Source: Lytechinus pictus (Eukaryota). From it: DNA of 64,000 nt. Below the pieces are notes generated by a model that saw nothing but the letters and a program-made list of their open reading frames with translations, ran no database searches and was not told the DNA's origin. A program made the position numbers and the translations under genes. The DNA is taken from the NCBI RefSeq assembly GCF_037042905.1, contig NC_087249.1, positions 7,690,001 to 7,754,000 on the forward strand. The letters run 5' to 3'. Of the stretch, positions 38,504 to 50,564 are shown one piece after another (within the stretch, counting starts at the first letter, position 1; every line of letters starts with the position of its first letter).

Positions 38504-38763
38504 CACTGGTGGATCCAGGGGGGGGGGGGGGCACAGCCGGTCCATGCCCCCCCTTGAGAAGCAAAATTGAAATTTGTAATGTAAACATGCTGTTGAAACA
38601 TAATTGTGCCCCCTCTTTTGAAAGTGAAAACATTATTTTTTTTTTTTTGCTTGTTAAATTTTTTCTGGGACGAAATCTTCATCTTTTTTTTTTTGCTTGT
38701 CAAATTTTTCCTCTGCAAAAATGTGCCCCCCCCCCCTTTTGGAAAATCCTGGATCCACCCCTG
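38504..38763. mobile_element. hAT-like MITE with perfect 8-bp TSD
   Basis: AGTTAGGC|CACTGGTGGATCCAGG ... CCTGGATCCACCCCTG|AGTTAGGC. Confidence 0.85.
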
Positions 38764-40909
38764 AGTTAGGCCTATGTCAGAAAATCGAAATGCCTCCCCC
38801 CCCCAAAAAAAATACAATGAATTCATAAAGAAAAAAAAGTCATTGGATTTGCTTATTTTGAAAAAAGGGTCTTTTTTTGTTTTACCATAAATGAGCTAAA
38901 ATCATGAACTCTTATACTCATGTGAAAATTCATAATTGGATACATTCTCCATGATTTTTTTTCAAGAATAATAATTTCTCTTCTAACTCATGCAATGAAA
39001 TACAATTCTAATAGATCCTTGAACTTCATCAAAAGTTTGACACACTTTTAATGCAAAGTTTATGATTACCATATAAAATAAATATAAAGCGTTGTTTCAT
39101 CTTTCTATTAATATCGATAGTCATTGAATATTAAACAAGAACTGATAAACAAAATGACAATATCCAGCTTCCATAAAATGATACTTCTGGTTTATCTCCT
39201 ATCTGAACAATAGGAAAAGTCTTGACACAAAAACATGGACATTGATATTTGTCTTGAGATTCACATAGCCATAAACACTGTACTTCATGCTATGTTTGCT
39301 TAAGATTGTAAAGTCCAATAAGTTAATTAATAACTAGAATACGGTACTGGATTAGGAAAGGGTAAATGAACTTCATTAATCATCTTCATTGACTGATGGA
39401 AGCTCATCGTTCATTCCATTTTAAATAAATTATTTTTTTTAAATACATTTTTTAGATTAAAGACAGATATAATTATTGAATCCTGTCTTAATTTTGTATA
39501 ATATGTAATTTGAATTAGATTGAATAGCCATTTCTTCATTTTTTTGTTTTGTATATCACATACTTTATACTTGCCGTTTGACTCATTTTGGATTTTCCTC
39601 CTCAAACTCAACTTTCATATAATATTGGTTCAATTACCTGCTATTTATTCTCATTTGCTATATTGTTGACACATATACATCAGCGACATATGGATGGATA
39701 TTTATATTCATTTTGCAGTTTATTGACTTTGAATTTATAACTTGCTGATTTTATCTATTGAATTATATGTTTGTATATAATATATTTGTTTGTAAGAGTC
39801 ATCCCTCGCTGCCTTACCTGGAGTCGGAAGGAATGACTTGTGGGTAACAGGAATTTTATATTTCTTTTTTTTTTCTTCCAGGCAACTTCAGGACTGCAGC
39901 AGGGGAGTCCTTTTTAAAATTCTGTCATACTTTGTAATGTCATCATTCTATGGTTCTGTTTGTTGTTTGAAATGCCGAATAAATAATAATAATAGCTTTA
40001 GTAAGTATCCCTAAAATTGAGGATATCACAATTCCAATGCATTAGTAGATTATATGAATGTGTATGCCCTAAAACACAATGTGATGGATATGAAATTAAA
40101 TCGTATTTTTATAGTATATACATTTTTGCAATTTTACATGAAAATTTATTTCGATCGGGTACACAATCAAAATAAAATATATGCATGATGTTTTCATATG
40201 ATATCAAACCTATTCCAAAGCATGGACTAGGCTGAAAATTTCAGGACAAAATCTTTGTCCATGGCTTCTTAATATCAAATCCCTAAATTTGTATGATAAA
40301 TTTTATGAAAGGAAAATAAAAATATTGGTGACAGAGTGCGCTGAATATGTTTAATTTGAATATTTAAATGTTCACAGAGAATTGGCGGTTGGAAAAAAGA
40401 TCAGATGGCTACTTCAAGTTTTTCAGATTGGAACATTACATGATAGTGATACTCAAATATAATTCATTATATTGACCCTTTACCAAGCTAAAGCCAAGCT
40501 TTAATATACCTATGATTAAACAACACAAATCTTCAAAATATATTCAATTAATTTTCCTTGCAGCTTAATACAATGCAATAATGAAATATGTATCTTTAAT
40601 ACATGTATTTCCGTTAGGTGCATCATATTTTTTCCTTCTTTTGTAGATGTACAAAATGGATTAAGTGTCTTCTTGTAACTAGATCTCCTGCTATCAATAT
40701 TTGTTTTCCATTAAAAAACTAATTTGTATAAGTACTATTTGAGTATCATCTGTTAAGAGCAAACTAAGATATTGTGCAAGTTGGTGTCATGTACATCCAG
40801 TTTACTTTAAAAAAAAAGTCTTTCCTGTGTTTGGAATTTATAATGTATTTCTTAATCCTTTTTCATATTAGGTAAAGTGTGTGCTATTTGAATTTCAAAC
40901 ATTATTTAC

Positions 40910-41498
40910 AGGCCAAGTCCACCCCAGAAAAATGTTGATTTGAATAGAGAAAAATCAAAGAAGCATAGCACTGAAATTTTCATCAAAATCGGATGTAAAA
41001 TAAGAAAGTTATGACATTTTATAGTTTAGCTTATTTTTCACGAAGCAGTGATATGCACAACTCAGTGACATGCAAATGGGACAGTCCATGATGTCCCTCA
41101 CTCACTATTTCTTTTGTTTTTAATGTTTGAATTATACAATATTTCATTTTTTATAGATTTGACAATAAGGACCAACTTGACTGAAACATATAGTATTAAA
41201 CAATGCTAATTCCACATGTTCAGGGACAAATTAATCGTTGTTTCACTTGGCAATGAGGAAAAAATTAGAATATTTCATATAATAAAATACATAAGAAATA
41301 GTGAGTGGATGACATCATTCACTTCATTTGCATACCAACCAGGATGTGCATATAACTGTTTTGTGAAATTAAGCCAAACTTTAAAATGTCGTAACTTTCT
41401 TATTTTACATCCGATTTTGATGAAATTCTGAAGTGTTATTCTTGTTGGATTTTTCTCTTTTTATTCCAATCACCTTTTTGTTGGAGTGGACTTGTCCT
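40910..41498 (+). mobile_element. Kolobok-like MITE family A
   Basis: ttac|AGGCCAAGTCCACCCC ... GAGTGGACTTGTCCT|TTAA; colinear with 19053-19656. Confidence 0.88.
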
Positions 41499-42222
41499 TT
41501 AATTATTGGATAGTTGGACTTGGATGAATGGTAGTATCACAAAAACACTAGCACAAATATCATCACTAATCAGTATCTTGAGGGGGCCAGACATGGAATA
41601 TGGGGCAACATTTCTAAAACAAAAAAATATTTATGTGTGTGAGTAGATATTTTGACTTATTCAATACAAATATCTAATTTTATGATCGACTCTGACATAC
41701 AGTAATATAATACATAGTATATATTTCATCCTTTTTCTTTTCTTGTTCTTTCCTTTTCTACCTTTATCTTGCTCATGAAAACACTCTTTATACATCAATT
41801 AATCAATAAATTTATTCATTCCTTCATTCATTGACAAATGAAAAAAAAGAAAGAAAGAAAATAAGTAAGAAAGAAAAAAAGAAAAAAAGAAAGAGAAAAA
41901 AAGAAGGAATGAATTTATTTACTTAACTATTAATTTATTTATTCATCTCATTTTGTGTGTTATGGCTCCTAATCAACTAATATAAAAGCCAGTCTCACCA
42001 TGATGACACAAGACCGAAGACAATATTCACACAAGATTGACACCAACACTGATAATAACACCAATTACACTAGTTCGCAAACCCTTTCCCTCGAGGAAAG
42101 TGGCATCTGGTATATAATTTCAGAGTTGGCGCTTTGATAAAACAGGTTTTTGTTTTCCAAGGCACTTTTCAGAGCATTGATCATCATGATCAGTTCTGAC
42201 TGTGGAATATGAATATACTTAC

Positions 42223-42365
42223 AATTTTCTAATCTTGTTGTTATTCCGGCCACCGGAAGAACGTCTTCTTCCTGGAGCATCTAAATTTGTCTCTATGAAA
42301 GAAGCTTCAATCTCATCCTCATTTTCAGCCATCACAACTCGCTCTCCATCTCTCTCTTCTTCCAT
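42223..42365 (-). CDS. Candidate first coding exon MEEERDGERVVMAENEDEIEASFIETNLDAPGRRRSSGGRNNNKIRK (phase 2 end)
   Basis: ATG-initiated stop-free 143 nt ending at consensus donor GTaagt; protein-like composition; link to the GRAM gene is inferred. Confidence 0.6.
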
Positions 42366-44448
42366 TGTTCTTCACATAAAGCCCTCAAGCTAAACACTTC
42401 TATGTGATGTTAATCAGCAAATTTTTGAAGTTGTGGTCGTCTTCGCTAGCGAAGGACGAACATCATCAATCAGCAAATTAAGCTATTAAACGTTTGTCTG
42501 AGTTTATATGACAAGAATACAAGACATTCCATGTCCATAACACCTGCTACTAGCAAAAAAGAACCGCAGCGACTAATCAATGTTTCCCAAATTTGAATTT
42601 AGCAAATAATAAGCTTTTGTTTGTCAAGGTTCATATACAATTCCATTCAAAACTGAAAGTTGACAGTTTTCTCTTTACAATGAGATGCATCTCGATTTGA
42701 CCTCTGTTCGTTCAATGTTTTAGATGGAAGGTTTTCACGTACATGTACCACAGCTTAAAAGTTAACACCTAGTCAAACTGTATTGAAATTTGCAAGTACT
42801 ATATTACAAAAGTTTTCAGGAAAGATTTTTTCTGTCCAGGAAATCTTCAAATCTATATTCCACATCTGACGTGTTGCATCAAAACATCCACGGACATGAC
42901 ACAGTGTTTGGGCTGCATCAATACTTTCCTCCTACAAACATCAATTTCCAGGAATTTCGCCGAAGGTATGATGGGGGACCTGTGAGCGCAATCGTCAATG
43001 CAGAAATACAATCAACCAGATTCCTACTGGGTCTTCTGGTACCGGGTATTGAGACAACAGGGGTTACAGGATTCAGAAGTCATTAGTTTACAGAGAAAGG
43101 TTCATCAAGGAATGCAGTTGGGACCATAGATATTCAAAAATCCTCTCAATCAGCCACCACTTGCACCTGTTGATTTCTCTAAATAGCTTGTGCATTCAGC
43201 ATTTCTCCAGGATACAGCCAGAGACTCAATCTGAAAGATCCGTTAGTTCCTTGCAGTGATGTCTTGATGAATTCCTGAATCCTCTAATTAACTGAGCACG
43301 GCTGGTGCTTGTGCATTCTGCATTTCTCCAAGATACAAGCAGAGACTGCAGCAGGCTCAAAGATCGGTTCCTCGCAGTGATGCCTTCGTGACAACTGCCG
43401 AGGATGGCAATGTCAGGACAGCCGGGCAAGAATTACTTAATGGATCACTTATTGGGGACAGAAGTAAGAACTGATAAACGTTTGATACCAGATAAGCACT
43501 CCTGTTCTGATGTGCGCTAACACCTTCCAACTGGACAAAGGTCACTCCACAATGAGAGGAGGAATAATTCATTAATCCAACAAGCGGAATAGTATAACTC
43601 TATAAACGCTATTAGGTGAAAATACCACATATTGCTATTAGATATTAACAATGAGCGGTTGCAAGGTGGCAATTTAACTATTGTCAGATGTTACATCAGG
43701 GTTTCTTTTTATTCAGCGATGGTCGGATCAAATAAAAGAATATGTATCATGACTAAATGAGTCCTCCAGAATCTACTGCATCAATCCGAATCAAAATCAC
43801 TTCTATTTTTAAGCATGATGTATATAAGCAGGATATATGTTAGCATCTTCCTTTAGTGATGGTACAATTTGGTATGGTAGGCCTACTTTTCCGGAGTTAA
43901 GCATCTGAAAGTGGACCATATGTGTTTCATATCATTCACCAGAGAAAGAAGCACTTAAGTTATTTTTTTATATAACATAAAAGCCCTTGCAAAACTTACT
44001 AAGTTGGCACTTGTTGCTACTGTTTTAATCTCTTAGGATAACAGAAAGATAAAAACAACTTTAAACTTATGGAAGTGGCTGCCGTAAAGCAATAAATACT
44101 GTTGGCAAAAGTGATAGAATGAATGGTCACTTGCAACAAGGCTACCTGAATGTACACATTTCAGAACAAAGTCAATGACAAGTTGAAACTATCAAATTAA
44201 CCCTGTAATAAATTTATGCACGTTAGCTTTTAATAGCAGGAATCCCACTCAAACTCTATTACAGACCCCAACCCACACTCCATTCTCTATTCAGTGCTTT
44301 TTGTATCCCGACTATTGTACAAGATCAAATTCAAGCACTTTTATTCCAGTGCAAAGTTAAGTAAAACTAAAAACTCTGAGTTTTTTTTTTGTCTTTTGAC
44401 TAATATTACATTAAATTTGTCTTTCATAGTCCAAGCATCCAGCCAAAT

Positions 44449-44665
44449 GGTTCCATGACATTTGCTTCCGCGACAGTTGACTGTAAATTCCACACACCAA
44501 CAGAATGACCAACTTCAACTCTAGATTTAACCCTATACCCTATCTGAAACCAAAACCCAAACTAAACAAAAAAAACCTCATACAACCCTATACCTACGGA
44601 ACCCTATATCTACATACAAAATAAAGCCCGGAGCAATTGTCGCCCATTGGAAATGTTGAGTAGCC
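44449..44665 (+). mobile_element. AACCCT-core element
   Basis: GGTTCCATGACATTTGCT ... AACCCT-rich core ... CCGGAGCAATTGTCGC; homologous to 53460-53638. Confidence 0.65.
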
Positions 44666-44932
44666 ATCCAACCGGAAAAATCCACAATTTTTTTATATCA
44701 TATCAGAGGTAAAAATACACCTCTTCTACAAATAAGAGACTGATAGTGGTTTAATAGGCACCTCAAACACTTAATAAAAAGAATAATGATGTATCCCAGT
44801 TCCGTTGTCATCAATACCAAAGTGTGGTGACATATCATGGACACATAATTTGCCCAAACAATAGACCAACATCTCATCAACTTTCGTTTATTAAATATGT
44901 AATTTCTTTTCACATACCGGGGAGGGGGGGGG

Positions 44933-45081
44933 GGCCATATCATGAAGGTGTTTGTAATTTAAGAGTGACTTTAAGAACGACTGGTGATCCTTCATTAGTG
45001 ACTAATTAGCACGGGAGAAGGGATCACCAGTCGTTCTTAAAGCCGCTCTTAACTCACGAACAGCTTTATATGAAACACCCA
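44933..45081. mobile_element. Harbinger-like MITE
   Basis: Internal IR TTAAGAACGACTGGTGATCC / GGATCACCAGTCGTTCTTAA with decayed outer TIRs. Confidence 0.6.
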
Positions 45082-46211
45082 CCAGTATCACATTTTTTTT
45101 TTCTTTTCAGATATCACATCAGGGATAAGAATAGGTCTATTTCAAACGCACCTCGACCACGGAACAGAATGATGATGATGTATTCCACTTCCGCTCTCAT
45201 CAATACCGAAGTGTGATCTCATTATTATACCATTCTCTGATTATAGTGCTAATATCACCTCCGAATAACCAATGGCATCGCATGAATGCAGATACTTCAG
45301 GATATATCCAGAATATAAACTTGCCTACTGGCACAGACTGTGCATTTTGATACTTTCACAATTCAAAGAAGCATCGAGACAAGACTAACATTGTCAACAA
45401 ATGGCTTTGTAAAAAAGGATGTATAATTGAATGTCCTTTAAAGGACAAGTCCACCCCAACAAAAAATTGATTTAAATAACAAGAGATAAATAAAAAATAA
45501 AAAATAACAATGAAAATTTCATCAAAATGAGATGTAAAGTAAGACAGTTGACATTTTAAAGTTTTGCTTAATTTCACAAACAGTTATATGTGCACATCCT
45601 GGTCGGTATGCAAACGAGGGGACTGATGATGTCACTCACTCACTATTTCTTTTGTATTTTATTATATGAAATATTATAATTTTCTCCTCATTGTACTTTG
45701 AAAACAAGTTTTTCAAACCAGTATCACATTTTTTTTTCTTTTCAGATATTACATCAGGGATAAGAATAGGTCTATTTCAAACGCACCTCGACCATGGAAC
45801 AGAATGATGATGATGTATTCCACTTCCGCTCTCATCAACACCGAAGTGTGATCTCATTATTATACCATGCTCTGATTATAGTGCTAATATCACCTCCGAA
45901 TAGCCAATGGCATCTCATGAATGCAGATACTTCAGGAAATATCCAGAATATAAACTTGTCTGCTGGCACAGACTGTGCATTTCGATACTTTCACAAATCA
46001 AAAAAGCGAGACAAGACTAACATTGTCAAAATATGGCTTTGTAAAAAAGGCTGTAAATTGAATGTCCTTTAAAGGACAAGTCCACCCCAACATAAAATTG
46101 ATTTAAATAAGAAGAGAAAAATTCAACAAACATAATATCACTAAAAATTTCATCAAAATTGGGTGTAAAGTAAGGACGTTATGACATTTAACAATTTTGC
46201 TTAATTTCACA
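45081..46211 (+). repeat. Tandem segmental duplication, period ~636 bp (45081-45716, then 45717-46211 truncated); each unit contains a family A MITE end
   Basis: Both units start ACCAGTATCACATTTTTTTT..CTTTTCAG and are colinear through TTAA|AGGACAAGTCCACCCC (45442, 46073). Confidence 0.9.
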
Positions 46212-46358
46212 GACACTTTGTAGTAGATTCAGAACTAGTAAGATATCTGAGCCTATAGACTATAACACTTATAACATACATCACAATATTCCAATATAAA
46301 GCGTAGCATGAAAGTTGTTCATTTCCTTGGATATAATTTGTTTAATAATTTCACTTAA

Positions 46359-46941
46359 AGGAGAATGAAACCCTAGAAACCAGCTGAATCCATATCAAAG
46401 AAAAAAATCAAAGAAACATATTGTTGAAAGTTTGAGGAAGATTGAATGAATAATAAGAAAGTTATGAGCATTTGAAAGACGAGATCACTAATGCCATGTA
46501 GATCCTCCCATTGGCAGTGCGACCAAGATCTGTGATGTCACACACGTACAACTCCCTCATTACTTTAGTACTTATTTCACTTATATTCTCACTTTTATAG
46601 AGTCTATCACAAGGTGAGGTGTTCTCTTTATGACAGGACAAGTACAGAGGTTTCACAACATTATACCATTGATGAATCGTTTGTCATATGATTAGACTGA
46701 GCAAAAAGAGATGTTTTGGGGTATATTTTCAGTGTCCAAAAGGGGAGAGTTGTTCATCTGTGACATCACAGATCTTGGTCGCATTGCCAATGGGAGGATC
46801 TCCATAGCATTAGTGATCTCGACATTCAAATGCTCATAACTCTTCTATTGCTAGTCCTATTTCACTCAGACTTTTGTTGATCTTATTCTTTGGTTTTCTG
46901 CTTTCACAAAAGCTAACTTGCTCCAAGAGTTTCATTCTCCT
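46359..46941 (-). mobile_element. Kolobok-like MITE family B, reverse orientation
   Basis: TTAA TSD; reverse complement of 27996-28579. Confidence 0.9.
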
Positions 46942-47073
46942 TTAAAGTATGAATGGGTTCTGCAAAAGGTTGCGATAAAGTGATCATTAAACCTTAGATT
47001 TATTGAATAAAAAAGATGCAATGGCAGAGGAACAAGGTATGATAAATACTTTTACCATCATGTTTTCTATTAA

Positions 47074-47145
47074 CCCATTGCCTACTGGAACCGAGTGATC
47101 CCTGTACAAAGCCTATGGGAATCACAGAATTCAGTTGTCAACAGG
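47074..47145. mobile_element. 72-bp piggyBac-like MITE
   Basis: TTAA|CCCATTGCCTACTG ... CAGTTGTCAACAGG|TTAA. Confidence 0.6.
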
Positions 47146-48466
47146 TTAATTAAAGTTAATTAAAGTTAATTAAAATTTGATCTTATAGGATGTTGATGTT
47201 GAAATAATCTAACTTATTTGTTTAAAAAGAATTTAGGGTTATTTTGTTTTTCAGAAACGCAAGAAAATCATGAAAAAAAAAGGAAACAGTGAAGCTATTT
47301 GATAAAACTTTTTTTACTGAAAAAAATGTTATTTCTCTTCCAGAAAGACATAAAATGTTCTCAATGAAGAGCAAGAATGATACTCGGAGTTTATATAACA
47401 GATAGTACTGCATTTTCCAATAATGCTAAATTGCATATGACTTGAAAATGGAAGATGAAGCATACTTTGAGATATCATCCTAATGAATGTGTGTTAAAGT
47501 GTGAATAAGGTCAATGTCATTACAAAGTCATTAAAGCATGACATCATAATGGGTGGAGGTAAATATAAATTGCACGTCAGTGTCAAGCATCTTCCCTCTT
47601 TAGCTTCAGAAGAGCAAATAATTAACTACCGTCATTATACAAACACAGGAACTTAAAATACTTTGGATGAGAATCAATTTTCATGAGGAACTATAATACA
47701 AAGCCCTTTAGCATTTTGATAGAATAATTAAGAATAAGAATAAAAATAATGGGACAGTGGTTACTACACAGCACTGCTGAACATACCTATAAATAGGATA
47801 CATGTAATAACATCATTAAGTATCGGGGGGGGGGGAATGGTTGAGTCACCAAAATATGGAGTGTTACGGGAGGGGGCTCATTAAATATAAAAGCCTTAAA
47901 GTGTAGTTGGTATGCCACAGAGTAAATCCTTTGTCCCAACAACATTCATAACGAAAAAAATAAAGAAAACCATTTTAAAATACATTGGGTTTTTTCAGGA
48001 TTTCAATGCTTATTTTGCTAATTTCTTCAGTCATTGTGCATTTTCTAAGAGTATCATTTATTCATTCAGCTTATAATTTTTATTTACTTGTAATTGTGTG
48101 ATTATTTTACCAGATTATGTGTAAACTTATTTTCAGATTGTTACCACAGCTGGAATTCTGATTCACATTTATAATTCCATTGCACTCTAATTTCCTCTGG
48201 AATTAAAACAAATCCAGAATGGTTGCAAATAGCGACCAGACAATGGCTGGATTTAGACTAAATCTGTAAAGATGCAATTTCAAATCCTTTGAGATTAAAA
48301 CATAAGTCGGTAGGATTCAAATATCAAATCCAGAGTTTGACTAATCACTATTCGAAGTCAATTTAGTGGGTACATCGGATCCACTATCTAAAAAAAAAAT
48401 CCTCTTTTTGTAACAAAGAGACATGCAGCATGCATTTAAGATTAAAATGGGTTTAAGTTAAATCCA

Positions 48467-49210
48467 GGGCCCCCGTCTTACAAAGAGATATGATTGATGA
48501 GATCAACCTAAACTATATGGAAATCCATTGATTTCATAATTTTTTTCCACGAAAACTTTGCACAATGTCCTATGTAAGCTATGAGGCCGTTCTCATTATG
48601 CTTTCTAAAACTAGTTTACTGGAAACCGATTCAGGAAACCACTTTGGAAGATCGCTTTGCTAGCGTTCTCACTTGATCACACGAAAGTGGTTTTCAAAAT
48701 CACTTCACGTAAAGCGCTCTTGTTGCTATGGAAACGCTCTCAGTGGGGTAACACGTTTCGCGCGAAATTCGAAACCGCAGCATATGCATTCTACACCTGT
48801 CGTGTGGAGTAGCGCGCTCAAAATGTGCGAAGATCGCTTCCCGAAGAACGGTTGTGTCCTCACTTACGCTAAAACCACTTTAACGAGGCAAAGCGATCTT
48901 GAAATCTACATCGCGAGGTGGTTTTCCAAACTGGTTTGGAAGATCGCTTCCAAGACCGCTTTGACCGTTCTCACTACGCGTTAAACTAGTTTCCACTAAA
49001 CTAGTTTCCAGTAAACTAGTTTTAGGAACGTAGTGAGAACAGCCTCAAAGAGAATCATTCAGAATTTTAAAAAATTCAAAGAATGTATGAATTCACACCA
49101 TATCTAGAAAAAAAGATTCTGAGCGAACATGGATTTTTATTGTTGATATTGCTGGCTTTACATAGTTATGGTTGATCGGATCAATCGTAACTCCTTATAA
49201 GATGGGGCCC
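48467..49210. mobile_element. Family D MITE with a nested insertion
   Basis: GGGCCCCCGTCTTACAAAGAG ... CTCCTTATAAGATGGGGCCC; halves rejoin around 48583-49046. Confidence 0.75.
48583..49046. mobile_element. Nested MITE (Harbinger-like)
   Basis: TIRs GAGGCCGTTCTCA..AAAACTAGTTTACTGGAAAC / GTTTCCAGTAAACTAGTTTT..TGAGAACAGCCTC; X-box GTTGCTATGGAAAC at 48722-48735. Confidence 0.8.
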
Positions 49211-49359
49211 TGGATTTAATTCAAATCTATTGTAATCTTAAGTGCATGCTGCATGTCTCTTTATTACAAAAGGAGAATTTTGTTTAAATAGTGGATCTGA
49301 TGTACGCACTTAATTGAAAACATAATTACTTAGATCAAAGTCCTGTCATTCCCTACTAA

Positions 49360-49444
49360 CCCTTTGAAGACTGAATCATTTTGCTATAACGAACATTTGC
49401 CATAGACTCCAGCCTGCATATGTGCCGGCTCAGTCTCGAACAGG
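49360..49444. mobile_element. Tiny piggyBac-like MITE
   Basis: ctaa|CCCTTTGAAGACTGA ... TCAGTCTCGAACAGG|TTAA. Confidence 0.5.
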
Positions 49445-49476
49445 TTAAAAAGCAGATAATTGTTATTTAGAACAAT

Positions 49477-49841
49477 AGGCGGTGCTGCATCAGCCCGAGT
49501 TTGCTCAATCTCAAGATTTTAGCCTGATCGGCCATCTTCACGATCGCAAGAAGAGCGATTCCTGCTCGAGCGAGGCATCGATGCATTATGGTATGACGCA
49601 GTGAATAAATAATCCCGAGTGCGTCTGCACCTGCGAATTAGCAGGATAATTAGTAAAATAGCACGCTATTTTGCAAATAATCCCAAGTTGACTTGGGATT
49701 GCAATCTCGAGATTAATCCTGCGAACTAGCGCGATAATTGCGTCTCCATTACAAATAATCTCGAGATTGTTCAGATCGGGATAATTTGCCAGATCAGAAA
49801 TAGCGCGCTAATTTGAAACTCGGGCTGGTGCAGACGGCCCT
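49477..49841. mobile_element. Harbinger-like MITE
   Basis: IR CTGCATCAGCCCGAGTTT / AAACTCGGGCTGGTGCAG. Confidence 0.7.
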
Positions 49842-50564
49842 TTTGATTCCCTGTTAAACAGCACATATTGACCTTGCCATTCTTTAAACACAAAAAGGTC
49901 CATCTTCTTTCAGTTGACAGTTTTAGTGGTCAGAATTAAAGTCTGAAAAATGTTTGTCCTGATAAATCTGGGCCAAAGACATGTAATGCTGTCAAGTTTG
50001 TTTAAGTCTGGATGTTTACATCATCAAGGACAGATTCAAATTCCTTGCTATTTGAAATGCCTGGTGACTGTCCAGTACTGAACTCCCCGATGATAAACGA
50101 TTCAAGAGCCCCTATGAGATCAGGAGTGTGTACATGTTTTAGAAATATGGCCAGAAAAAAAAAAACAGGGGGGGGGGGATCAGGGCAATCAACCATCCCC
50201 CCAATGCCCTAAAGAGCCCTGAAAAACTCAAAAGTGGCCCTGAAATTCTCATAAGGTTCAATCACAATGTAAACTGAAATACAATGTACCATATTTGGGT
50301 TGATGAGCTAAAAAAAAGGTAGTCCCAGAAAAAAATTAAAATCCCTCAATTGAGCAAAGCATTTCAAAACAAAGACCTACATGTAACAAGTAAAAACACA
50401 TTCCATACAGGAAGTGCGACAGGGTTCAGATTTTAACAATATACATGTACATATTGGAATTGAAAATTTTTGATCTAATTCTCAACTCATTTTGATTGTC
50501 TACCTTCATAAAACAACTTGCACATTATGTAATTTTATCAATGTTATATTGATCCCTATGAAAT

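Noticed and set aside
39411..39995. Possible LINE 3' remnant or small exon with donor at about 39817
   Set aside because: An AATAAT-type tail and a CAG|GTAAGG motif are present, but there is no recognisable RT sequence or convincing in-frame exon
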